A DNA stretch of 46,627 bases from Octopus bimaculoides (lineage: Eukaryota): positions 7,734,473 to 7,781,099 of the forward strand of contig NC_069001.1 of NCBI RefSeq assembly GCF_001194135.2. The letters run 5' to 3'. A model generated the notes under the pieces. It searched no databases, was not told where the DNA came from, and saw only the letters and a program-made list of their open reading frames with translations. Position numbers and translations under genes: made by a program. Shown here one piece after another: positions 25,345-36,761 of the stretch (position 1 is its first letter; each line of letters opens with the position of its first letter).

Positions 25345-25376
<32 letters not shown>

Positions 25377-27412
25377 GATGCGTGCGTGCGTGCGTGTGTG
25401 TGGCTAAACAGCGTGTGTGAGATAATAATCTACAAATATCTTGATATCCTATATTTCATTATATGTATGCCTCTGTGTGTATATATGTGTATGTGTGTGT
25501 GTGTGTGATACCGGATAATATGTTTTTGTTTTCATCGTTACGTTTATTTCCATCGAAACATTTTCGTTATAAGTAATTTCAGGAAACGGTTCGCACCAAT
25601 TATTTAAACAGACTGTTTGTTGCGTGTGTAATTTTCGTCGTTGATCGGGGGGCCCTCTACACAATTCCTACACTCTTATAAATACACATAAATTCGTACA
25701 TATGACTCTATCCAGTGTGAAGACTACTCGCCGGTCTTGCATATGATTGTACCGTTAGGTTAGAACTGACGTACAGGTGCGCGCGTGTATTTACGAGGCA
25801 CCGACCACACATACATACGTACTTTCGTTTATACACATGTATATCTAATGTGTGTGTGAGTGTGTCTCTCTCTCTTTATATATATANNNNNNNNNNNNNN
25901 NNNNNNNNNNNNNNNNNNNNNNNNNNNNNNNNNNNNNNNNNNNNNNNNNNNNNNNNNNNNNNNNNNNNNNNNNNNNNNNNNNNNNNNNNNNNNNNNNNNN
26001 NNNNNNNNNNNNNNNNNNNNNNNNNNNNNNNNNNNNNNGTATGTATGTATTCACAGAGTTCGCGCGCACACTGACACACGAATATACTTAACTTTCTCGA
26101 TTACTGATTTTTGTAAGCAGCACAAGGCGAGCATCTATATAAAACAGTGATATACACACGCACATATATATATATATATATATCCACACAGAGAGAATAT
26201 AGATTGACAGATAACTAGATAGATAGAGTGAGAGAGAATATAGATTGACAGCTAACTAGTTAGATGGAGAGAATATATATATAGACTATATTGTATATAT
26301 GTATTTAGAGAGAGAGAGAGAGAAAGGAGAAGAAAGAGAGAGATACTTGTGTGTGTGTGTTCTACAGTCTGTATGTGGGTGTGTTTGTATGGCTAAGCTC
26401 AGAGGATTACTTTTCTCTACAGGTGACTGACATACATTCAATTGACACTTGTTACTTTTATAAATCTACCATATGTTAACAACTTTTCTCTGCGGCTTCA
26501 CTTAACAAATTTTCGTTTAATACAAAACCTCCTTCATCCCTCGTGATTAGCAAAACATCCCATATCAGCCGCCATCCAGCAAACCTATAAACAGTAGCGT
26601 AACTCGGCGAATGCGAAAGTCCACCCCCAAGCGTCGCTTGGGAAGGACACATTTGGGTCTGCTGTTTAAGCATCTATAAGGTAGGGGCGGCAAGCTATAC
26701 CAGAGCGTTTTTCGAGAAGCGGGCCGCATGATTAGGCGAATGTGAGAGTCCTGGGGCCGACATATTTGAATCTGCTGTTTTAGCCTGTATTGGGTGGAGA
26801 CGACAGTCTCAAGGGCTTCTTCGGGCATCGCACGATCTAGCTATGTCACTGCATTTTCGAGAAGCAGCAACCTTTTTGGAGAGGCGGGCCGCATGAGACA
26901 TGGTTCATCATCAGGCAAAATGCATTATTAAAAAAAAATACCAAGGTGAGTTTTCGTAAAGGTGAGCAATCCAGAAAGTCCCGTGGGTTGCGCTTTCTCT
27001 ATGAGTGACATATATAAATAATCAAAAGTGCTCCAACCGTGAACACCCCATCTTAATTTTCTTGTCTACAGGTACAACATCGATTTTCCGAAAGCCTTTC
27101 CGACCCTATTTTCCGAATCAAAGGTGGTCGCCTCTAAATTAAATAAATATTAAATTTACTTGAATAATTAAATGAAATGCAGATATACGTAAATTAGTAT
27201 GAATGATACAAGTTTATTAATACCGTACTGCGCAAAGTGATATGGAAACAATTAGCTCAGGAACATGGGGGTGGAAATTTTGTTTGGGGTGGGTGGCCAA
27301 TAAAAACGTTTTGAACATCCTCCTCAAAAAACTCATCGCCAAAACGAACTAACGTAGAACCGAACTGGTTTGAAACATGACTTTTCCATTCTTGGATTTA
27401 CATGAAGGAGAC

Positions 27413-28070
27413 CAGCTGGCAGAGTCGTTAGCACACTGGGCGAAATGCTCAGCGTTATTTCGTCTGCCTTTATGTTCTGAGTTCAAATTCCACCGAGGTC
27501 GACTTTCGGAGTCGATAAATTAAGTACCAGTTGCGTACTGGCGTTGATCTAATCGACTTGCACCCTCCGCCAAAATTTCAGACCTTGTGCTTAGAGTAGA
27601 AAAGATTCTTTAGCACGCCAGGTATTTCGCCCGTCGCTACGTTCTGAGTTCAAATTCCGCCGAGATCGACTTTGCCTTTCGATGTAACCGACTAGCCCCC
27701 TCCCCAAATTTCAAACCTTGTGTCTTTCGTAGAAAGGATTATTATACTTGTGTGTGAAGGCGACAGGCTGGCGGAAATGTTACCGCTCCGGGCAAAATAC
27801 TTTGTGCGGTATTTCGTACGTCTTTACGTTCAGAGTTCAAATTCCACCAGAGTCAGCTTTGCNNNNNNNNNNNNNNNNNNNNNNNNNNNNNNNNNNNNNN
27901 NNNNNNNNNNNNNNNNNNNNNNNNNNNNNNNNNNNNNNNNNNNNNNNNNNNNNNNNNNNNNNNNNNNNNNNNNNNNNNNNNNNNNNNNNNNNNNNNNNNN
28001 NNNNNNNNNNNNNNNNNNNNNNNNNNNNNNNNNNNNNNNCCAAATTTCAGGCTTTGTGCCTTTTGTACCT
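27413..28070 (+). mobile_element. Head-to-tail array of at least three SINE-B copies (gap inside the third)
   Basis: tctgagttcaaattcc(a/g)cc-like B-box segment at about 27475, 27643 and 27830; B2-type tails at about 27575, 27705 and 28042. Confidence 0.85.
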
Positions 28071-28519
28071 GTATTTGTTTTGACATAGAGATTGAAAAAT
28101 AACCAGCCTTGCTTGTAAACAAATTTGGAGCTGAGTCTGAACCCCCTAAACAAATTTCGTTCCAACACTTATGCATGAAACAGGATCACACAGTAAAGTA
28201 GCCTGGCAGCCGTGAGGGTTGAGCATCCTGCTTGTAAATTAGTGCGGAACATAAGAGGTTCCGGACCACTAGTATCAGGTATTTTATTGTGCGATACACC
28301 TCGTTTTATTTCAGGTGTGATTTGAGAGGAATTTGGTTGCTATTTTTAGCAAGTCGTGCGCTGGGTAATAATAAAAGACGTTATTGTAATACGATTGCAG
28401 ATATACATGTAAATCAGTCTCTCTCTCTCTCTCTCTCATTAATTGTTTTATTGGAAAACAATAAAATGTAATAGCCACACCACATCACAATCCCAATTAA
28501 ATGACTCAACAAATTAAGT

Positions 28520-28840
28520 CTCCGTCGGTTACGACGACGAGTGTTCCAGTTGTTCTGATCAACGGAACAGTCTGCTCGTAAAATTAACGTGCAAGTGGCT
28601 GAGTATTCCACAGACATGCGTACCCTTAACGTTGTTCTCAAGGAGGTTCAACGTGACACAGAATATGACAAGGCTGGCCCTTTTGAAATACAATTACAGG
28701 TGCAAACACATTTTTGCCAGTTGAGTGGATTGAAGCAACGTGAAATAAAGTATCCTTGCTTAAGGACACAACGCGCAGCCGGAAATCGAACTCACGATCG
28801 TGTACATAATAACCTTAACCACTGAGCCACGCGCCTCCAC
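28520..28840 (-). mobile_element. SINE with a family-C tail but a different (CORE-like) centre
   Basis: Head gtggaggcgcgTGGCTCAGTGG...GAGTTCGATTTCC; centre tccttaagcaaggatacttt...ccactcaactggc; tail shared with 1908-2090. Confidence 0.8.
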
Positions 28841-29066
28841 ACTGACTTAACACACCCTTTTTTGATATCAACTTGTCCAAGACCAATCCTGCTTCTGTGA
28901 TACAAACTTCCTGTTTTAAAGAGATCTTTTCTTTTTCTCTTTTCTACTATAGGCACAAAGTTTGAGATTTTGCGGGAGGGGTTAAGTTGATTACGTAAAT
29001 CAGTGGTTCCCAGCCTTTTTGTTTAAATGAGTTTTTTTCCACGGACCTCTTTTAATATGCTTATCC

Positions 29067-29449
29067 CCAAAGGCGGCGAGCTGGCAGAAACGTTTGCACG
29101 CCGGGCGAAATGCTTAGCGGTGGCGCTACGCTCTGAGTTCAAATTCCGCCGAGGTCGACTTTGCCTTTCATCCTTTCGGGGTCGATTAAATAAGTACCAG
29201 TTACGCACTGGGGTCGATATAATCGACTTAATCCCTTTGTCTGTCCTTGTCTGTCCCCTCTATATTTAGCCCCTTGCGGGCAATAAAGAAATAAGAATCG
29301 TTAGCATGCCGGGTCTGAGTTCAAATTCCGCCGAGGTCGACTTTGCCTTTCATCCTTTCGGAGTCGATAAATTAAGTACCAGTTGCGTACCAGTAATCGA
29401 CTGGGCCCCCTCCCCCCCAAATTTCGGGCCTTGAGCCTAGAGAAGAAAA
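29067..29449 (+). mobile_element. SINE-B dimer (B1 full length plus B2 truncated) with a 13-bp TSD
   Basis: aatatgcttatcc at 29054-29066 and 29450-29462; head ggcggcgagcTGGCAGAAACG...GAGTTCAAATTCC; the two units have different tails. Confidence 0.88.
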
Positions 29450-29552
29450 AATATGCTTATCCTTATGTATATATATATAATTAATTTAATTAATATCAAT
29501 TTAAAACCAGCGGTCTAGCATATTGAAAAATCTGAAGACTCAGAAAAATTAT

Positions 29553-29645
29553 ATTACATACATATAAGAGGGATGACTACTAGGTGGTCTTCTTCTAGCA
29601 TAATGGATGTCCACTTAGTGGTCATCCCTCTTATATGTATGTAAT
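29553..29645 (+). repeat. 35-bp-arm hairpin with a 23-nt loop
   Basis: attacatacatataagagggatgactactaggtgg / ccacttagtggtcatccctcttatatgtatgtaat; 33 Watson-Crick pairs plus 2 G-U on the + strand. Confidence 0.85.
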
Positions 29646-29971
29646 ACATAACAGTACTGGATCTCTTCCTGTCAAGGGTTCTAGACGAGCCTACCTCACG
29701 GCAGGAAAAACAGATGAGGGCAGCAGCATCAAGTTCCCTCATTGACCAAATTCCACAGATTTGAGAAGGTTTCAAATAATAGTGTAGCTCAGTCAACAGT
29801 GGTGCCACCGCGTGATCTAAGCTTTGAAGAAAAAAAAATTGAAGAATATATATATATATAGATATGAAATTTTGAATTTAGTTCACGGACCCCCAGGGCT
29901 ACCTTTGCGTACAGCTAAGGGTCCTCAGACCATAGCTTGAGAACCACTGAAAATGGTGGTCGGTGTCAATT

Positions 29972-30061
29972 ATCCAAAGTGCCACGCAGTGAGAGTGAAC
30001 CCGGTAAGCACGTGGTTCTCGAACAAACCTCTTACCACACAGCCACGCAACGCATGCGCCT
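29972..30061 (-). mobile_element. SINE family A head only
   Basis: gtgccacgcagtgagagtgaacccgg...cttaccacacagccacgc. Confidence 0.75.
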
Positions 30062-30168
30062 GTCATTGTTGTTGTTTTATCGTTGTGACAGTTAATTTCA
30101 AGTCCCAGTAGCGCTTACTTTATTTAGTTCCATGCTACTGGAGCTAACAGCTGTTGCTATGAACTGTG

Positions 30169-30209
<41 letters not shown>

Positions 30210-30211
30210 GA

Positions 30212-30415
30212 TTGACCGTTGACTGGACACTATTCAATTTTTTTTCTCCGTGTTTTTCTCCTTGTCTCCGTATTCTTTCTGTTGAAGAGCGTAGCTCGAA
30301 ACGTCAAAGACCTTCCGTATTCCCGAGCGTCATACTAATACATCCTTTTGTTATTTACACCACCTGTCCTCGTCTGTTGTTGTTTTTTCGTATATTCTCC
30401 CATATATATAAATAT
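30212..30415 (+). mobile_element. pLTR-like remnant with the best-formed hammerhead-like motif, embedded in (TA)n
   Basis: TCTTT-CTGTTGAA-GAGC-gta-GCTC-GAAAC-GTC-AAAGA (30274-30310); TA repeats on both flanks. Confidence 0.65.
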
Positions 30416-31304
30416 GTATATATTAAGATTGTGACGGTTGCTAATATTCTTCTAGTCACTGCTGTTGTCGTTTTTATTGTTGTTACTGCTGCTGCTGCTG
30501 TTATTGTCACTACTGATGTTGTCACAGCTATTCTTGTTGTTGCTGTTGTTAACTGCTTCTGTTGAAGTCGTTTTTGTTCGTTCAGTTATTTGCCCACGAC
30601 AGCTGCTAAGGTTTCGTCTTCTCCACTTCGTCTTAATTCTTATTTGTATTTTTAGTACTCAGTTTTTAAACACGTGACAGCCATTCACAGTGACGGTTGC
30701 TAATTGTTGTGGTTTTGGCTGTTGTTGTTGTCACTATTTTTGTTGTTGGATTGTTTTATCTAGGTTTCTTTTTTTTTTTTCATTTTTATTTCTAGTTTCT
30801 ATGTGTGCGTCTCTTTACATCTGCACTCTTAAAATGGTCCCTTGAGGAGATAACTACTCCGAAATGAATGCATCCAAGTCTAGTTGGGGAATACTGTGAA
30901 CTCTCTATATTTACATCTCTTTATCTACAACGAGAGATTCTCTCCTTNNNNNNNNNNNNNNNNNNNNNNNNNNNNNNNNNNNNNNNNNNNNNNNNNNNNN
31001 NNNNNNNNNNNNNNNNNNNNNNNNNNNNNNNNNNNNNNNNNNNNNNNNNNNNNNNNNNNNNNNNNNNNNNNNNNNNNNNNNNNNNNNNNNNNNNNNNNNN
31101 NNNNNNNNNNNNNNNNNNNNNNNNNNNNNNNNNNNNNNNNNNNNNNNNNNNNNNNNNNNNNNNNNNNNNNNNNNNNNNNNNNNNNNNNNNNNNNNNNNNN
31201 NNNNNNNNNNNNNNNNNNNNNNNNNNNNNNNNNNNNNNNNNNNNNNNGTACTCTTTCGCCCCAACTTTCTCTCAGTCTTTCTTCCTGTTTCTTGAGTAAC
31301 GCTG

Positions 31305-31400
31305 CGATGGACTGGCGTCCCGTTCAGCTGGGGGGAACACATACGCCATAGAAACCGGGAAACCGGGCCCATGAGCCTGGCTAAGCTTTGAAAGGGCGAA
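31305..31400 (+). mobile_element. SINE 3' fragment (Nin/Deu-like domain plus tail)
   Basis: gtaacgctgcgatggactggcgtcccgttcag...agaaaccgggaaaccgggccc. Confidence 0.5.
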
Positions 31401-31404
31401 AAGA

Positions 31405-31890
31405 AATAAAGACGGAATGCTTAGCAGTATTTCGCCCGTCGCGTTCAAATTCCACTGAGGTCGACTTTGCCTGTCATCCTTTCGGGGTCGATAAATTAAG
31501 TATCAGTGGAACACTGAGGTCAATGTTAGCGACTTAATCCCCCTCCCACAAGCTGCCCTTGTGGAAAAATTTGAAATCAGTATTTACGTTCTGAGTTCAA
31601 ATGCCATTGGGGTCAACTTTGCCTTTCATTCTTTCGGGAACACTGAGGTCATTGTAATCGATTTACTCACTGTCCCCGAAATTGCTGGCCTTGTGTCAAA
31701 ACTGGAAACCAATATTTATATTATTATTAAAAGCGGTGAGCTGGCAGAACCGTTAGCACACCGGTCAAAATGCTTAGCGACATTTCTTCCGACTTTACGT
31801 TCTGAGTTCAAATGTCACTTAGATTGACTTTACCTTTTATCTTTCTGAAATCGATAAAATAAGTACCAGTTGAACACTGGGGGTCGATGT
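31405..31890 (+). mobile_element. Head-to-tail array of three diverged SINE-B copies
   Basis: gttcaaat B-box segment at about 31443, 31595 and 31806; full head aaaagcggtgagctggcagaa only on the third copy. Confidence 0.8.
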
Positions 31891-32085
31891 AGTAAGTCTG
31901 AATGAAATTTCATCCGGTGAAAGAAATATTGAAATACACATAATCATATTCTCACGAATATGTGTGCGGAGAGTGTTTACACGAGCTTGTTTTGTAAAGT
32001 TGTTCAATGAAAACGGAGCTATAAAATTCAAAGTAACAATAATAAAAACATGAAGATTGGAATTTTGCTTTGGAAATATTTATTA

Positions 32086-32125
32086 GTACCCTACATTTCG
32101 GGTAAAATACACTGTCGCGGGGATT
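32086..32125 (-). mobile_element. Decayed hammerhead-like pLTR motif (GGGT/ACCC subtype)
   Basis: Minus strand gtattttacccgaaatgtagggtactaata resembles + strand 32765-32795. Confidence 0.45.
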
Positions 32126-32749
32126 GGAAACCGATTCCCTCGATATGTAGTCAGACATCACGAGCAAGCTACCATGGTTTCACGCGATCGGTCTATTAAC
32201 TGACCGTAATCAGCGTGAAGGGATGGCATTGACAAGTTTTCTCGAACATTCTAGAACTTGTCTTCCAGTCCCTTATAAAAACTGTTGGGCGCACATTTTC
32301 ATAAGATAGACAACCAAGGAAGGTGGCTAAAACAGATGGCCCAGATAGATGACCAGAACCTTGTTTCCAGCTATGTTGGGCAAGCCGCATGTTCCGTATC
32401 AATAGCTTTCTGTAAACTCCAAGCAGAATTTCCCTCCCAGTATGTAATTCTTGCTATTGTCATCAGCAAAAGGCCAACGCAGTTTGTATTTATGCGCGAT
32501 AATAAAATCTTCAGTTCATTATTCGCGGGTGTTGTTCACTTACTTTTGTACGCAGCTCAAGAAACATATTCTCTTTCATCACCTCAACCAGTCACCATCA
32601 CATACCAACAACAACAACAACAATAACAACCATGCGAGAACTCCTTCAGTGGAATTATACGTCAATTCAGTTATATGTTAGATATATATATACGGAAGTA
32701 TAACTATATGGACATATAACCCTATTCTCTCATCTTTCTTTGATATTCT

Positions 32750-32800
32750 TTCCTTCGTTCAGGGGTATTATACCCGAAACGTAAGGAACTAATATTTCAA
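32750..32800 (+). mobile_element. Hammerhead-like pLTR motif (GGGT/ACCC subtype)
   Basis: TTCCT-TCGTTCAG-GGGT-attat-ACCC-GAAAC-GTA-AGGAA (32750-32788). Confidence 0.55.
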
Positions 32801-33149
32801 TATAACAGAACGATGTTTTGTTAATGCAATTTTTGCCTTGATATTTAAAGCTTTATTTATATTGAGATATTTTTTTTAAAAACAAAACCCATTTTCCATA
32901 TTCCACAATACTTCGAACGAACTATAATACTCTTCTCTTTTCTTCCCGCTTTCTCTCTATGCAATTACATACATGCAAACATACATACATACATACATAT
33001 TTATGTACATATAGTTGTACACACATACATACATATATACACTCATATATATTAATAGGTAGACATATGCGTGCAGGTGTGCGTGTGTGTATACGTATAT
33101 ATACATATACATATATATATATATTAATATACACATATATACATATATA

Positions 33150-33227
<78 letters not shown>

Positions 33228-33524
33228 CATGCACACATGTACGTACGTGTATATACATACTTACACACACATAAGCATACACTCACACATATATGCATGT
33301 ATGTGTATGCACACACATATTGGAAAGATGCATATCTTCATTGAGCCATACAAGAGCTAAAAGTATCTGGAGAAGTCGATAAAATATTGGAAATGAATTA
33401 AAGGGACAACGGAGAAAATGACAAACATCTAAGTGATACAAATGAAATGGATCTGAACAAATCAGGATATTTGATATAACTCACAGAAACACAAATGTAT
33501 GCATACATACATACAGGTATGCAT

Positions 33525-33584
<60 letters not shown>

Positions 33585-34611
33585 GCACGCACGCACACAC
33601 ATACATACATATCATTTTTGCTTCTGCTAAACATTTAATAATATGTATATCCACACTCATATTATGAGTTTTATTTTTCCAGTTTGCACCAACAAACCTA
33701 CANNNNNNNNNNNNNNNNNNNNNNNNNNNNNNNNNNNNNNNNNNNNNNNNNNNNNNNNNNNNNNNNNNNNNNNNNNNNNNNNNNNNNNNNNNNNNNNNNN
33801 NNNNNNNNNNNNNNNNNNNNNNNNNNNNNNNNNNNNNNNNNNNNNNNNNNNNNNNNNNNNNNNNNNNNNNNNNNNNNNNNNNNNNNNNNNNNNNNNNNNN
33901 NNNNNNNNNNNNNNNNNNNNNNNNNNNNNNNNNNNNNNNNNNNNNNNNNNNNNNNNNNNNNNNNNNNNNNNNNNNNNNNNNNNNNNNNNNNNNNNNNNNN
34001 NNNNNNNNNNNNNNNNNNNNNNNNNNNNNNNNNNNNNNNNNNNNNNNNNNNNNNNNNNNNNNNNNNNNNNNNNNNNNNNNNNNNNNNNNNNNNNNNNNNN
34101 NNNNNNNNNNNNNNNNNNNNNNNNNNNNNNNNNNNNNNNNNNNNNNNNNNNNNNNNNNNNNNNNNNNNNNNNNNNNNNNNNNNNNNNNNNNNNNNNNNNN
34201 NNNNNNNNNNNNNNNNNNNNNNNNNNNNNNNNNNNNNNNNNNNNNNNNNNNNNNNNNNNNNNNNNNNNNNNNNNNNNNNNNNNNNNNNNNNNNNNNNNNN
34301 NNNNNNNNNNNNNNNNNNNNNNNNNNNNNNNNNNNNNNNNNNNNNNNNNNNNNNNNNNNNNNNNNNNNNNNNNNNNNNNNNNNNNNNNNNNNNNNNNNNN
34401 NNNNNNNNNNNNNNNNNNNNNNNNNNNNNNNNNNNNNNNNNNNNNNNNNNNNNNNNNNNNNNNNNNNNNNNNNNNNNNNNNNNNNNNNNNNNNNNNNNNN
34501 NNNNNNNNNNNNNNNNNNNNNNNNNNNNATGTATGTAAATATATGTATTTATATAGATACATATATACACCTATAGATAGGTATGGTATGTTATGTATGT
34601 ATGTATGTATG

Positions 34612-34642
<31 letters not shown>

Positions 34643-34732
34643 GGTAAGGTAAGTCGATAGGTAGATAGGTAGGCACACATATATAGTTAGATATGTTGTG
34701 CTGACAGCAATCTTGCCCTCGAATGAATGGTA

Positions 34733-34783
<51 letters not shown>

Positions 34784-35304
34784 CAACTATCTTACGTGCA
34801 TAGACATATTGGGATGGTTAATAAACAGGGGGATGCTGAGCGAGAGAAAGAAAGAGAAAGAGAGAGAGAGAGAGATGGAGATAGAGTGATAAAGGCAAAG
34901 ACATATGCGAAGCCAACAGAAGACTAGGTTAAACCGAGAGGAGCAAATGAATCGATACGTGTTGGTGGTGCTTGGCGTGTAGTGTTAACGTCTGCTTCTA
35001 ACATTGCTGTATTGTCACTCGTGTCCGGTTTGACAAACTATGGAACGACAAACATGCAATAATTAATGAAACCAATGTTGCCGGTAGCAGATAGATTCTT
35101 TTTCATTTTCTTCTTCCTATATAAGAATGTTGACATGTGATGGAGAAACTGCAGAGATGTACGTATGGGAGTGATGAGAGGGAGACGGGTGAAATTTAGG
35201 AGTACACACACACACATATATGTGTGTATATATGTACACACACATATATATAAGTATATATACGTATATATGGGTGTGTATAAAAAACATCTATGTATGT
35301 ATAA

Positions 35305-35437
35305 GCATGGCTATATAGTAAGAAATTTGATTTCCAACAACATGGTTCCAGGTTCAGTCTCACTGCGTGGCATTTTGGCAAGTCTTCTACATCGTCGGTG
35401 CAAGCAAAGTCTTGTGAGTGGATATCGTAGACGAGAA

Positions 35438-35440
<3 letters not shown>
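35305..35440 (+). mobile_element. SINE family A head, diverged
   Basis: tggctatatagtaag...catggttccaggttcagtctcactgcgtggca...cttgtgagtggat. Confidence 0.75.
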
Positions 35441-35471
<31 letters not shown>

Positions 35472-35956
35472 NNNNNNNNNNNNNNNNNNNNNNNNNNNNN
35501 NNNNNNNNNNNNNNNNNNNNNNNNNNNNNNNNNNNNNNNNNNNNNNNNNNNNNNNNNNNNNNNNNNNNNNNNNNNNNNNNNNNNNNNNNNNNNNNNNNNN
35601 NNNNNNNNNNNNNNNNNNNNNNNNNNNNNNNNNNNNNNNNNNNNNNNNNNNNNNNNNNNNNNNNNNNNNNNNNNNNNNNNNNNNNNNNNNNNNNNNNNNN
35701 NNNNNNNNNNNNNNNNNNNNNNNNNNNNNNNNNNNNNNNNNNNNNNNNNNNNNNNNNNNNNNNNNNNNNNNNNNNNNNNNNNNNNNNNNNNNNNNNNNNN
35801 NNNNNNNNNNNNNNNNNNNNNNNNNNNNNNNNNNNNNNNNNNNNNNNNNNNNNNNNNNNNNNNNNNNNNNNNNNNNNNNNNNNNNNNNNNNNNNNNNNNN
35901 NNNNNNNNNNNNNNNNNNNNNNNNNNNNNNNNNNNNNNNNNNNNNNNNNNNNNNNN

Positions 35957-36009
<53 letters not shown>

Positions 36010-36304
36010 AAGGGATGGGCAGTTAAAGGGAGTAGGAGGGGGTATAAGGTTCGAAAATAGGAGGTGCAGAAGGAGCAGAGTGGTGGATATGGAAATGGCA
36101 GAGAGAAATAAAATAGACAAAAGTGGGGGAGGGGAGGGGAGGGAGATGCTGTAGGGAGGAAAGATGGAGGTATGTGGCTAGGGTGTTGGCGGTGGTGGTG
36201 GTGATGTGGATGTGAGTCATTACGAAATAAAGCTTTGATTAGATTAAAAGCAATTGACGGTATTTGTAGATAAAAGTGGCCAACGGTAGGTAGGTAGGTT
36301 GGGA

Positions 36305-36761
36305 CATCATCGGCATCACTATCAAATTACCGTCTTGCACATCACAATAGTTGTGGTGGTCGTGGTCGTCATCATGTCTACCACCACCACCACCACTATC
36401 TTGATCATAACTACCACCATCATCTTCATCGTCTTCATCATCATCATCATCATCATCGTCGTCGTCGTCGTCTTTATCATCACCATAACTTCCACCACCA
36501 CCACCACCGTCATTCTACTCTTCATCAACTTCTTTATCATCACCGTAACTTCCACCACCATCATCATCATGTTTATCATCATCGTCGTAACTTCCGCCAT
36601 CATTATCAACGTCATCATCATCATCATCTTCATCACCTCCACCACTATCATCATCGTCATCGTACTGTCTTCGAAATCACAATGACGATGATGATGATCA
36701 TCATCATCATCATCTCACTACCACCACCACCCACCACCACCACCCACCACCACCACTACCA
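36305..36761. repeat. Mixed CAT/CAC/CGT trinucleotide low-complexity tract
   Basis: Direct reading; similar tracts at 40499-40730 and, on the opposite strand, 37320-37480 and 45820-46140. Confidence 0.9.

Larger units (their letters stand above)
29001..29949. mobile_element. hAT-type MITE hosting nested insertions
   Basis: Termini cagtggttcccagc and gcttgagaaccactg; subterminal cacggacc motifs as in 9140-9430; TSD not recognisable. Confidence 0.6.

Noticed and set aside
32285-32626. 113-aa ORF ending in poly-Q
   Set aside because: Non-ATG start, unrecognised sequence, and the Q run is a (CAA)n microsatellite.
36299-36685. Gap-free I/T/V-rich and M/V-rich ORFs
   Set aside because: Translations of CAT/CAC trinucleotide tracts, open on both strands.
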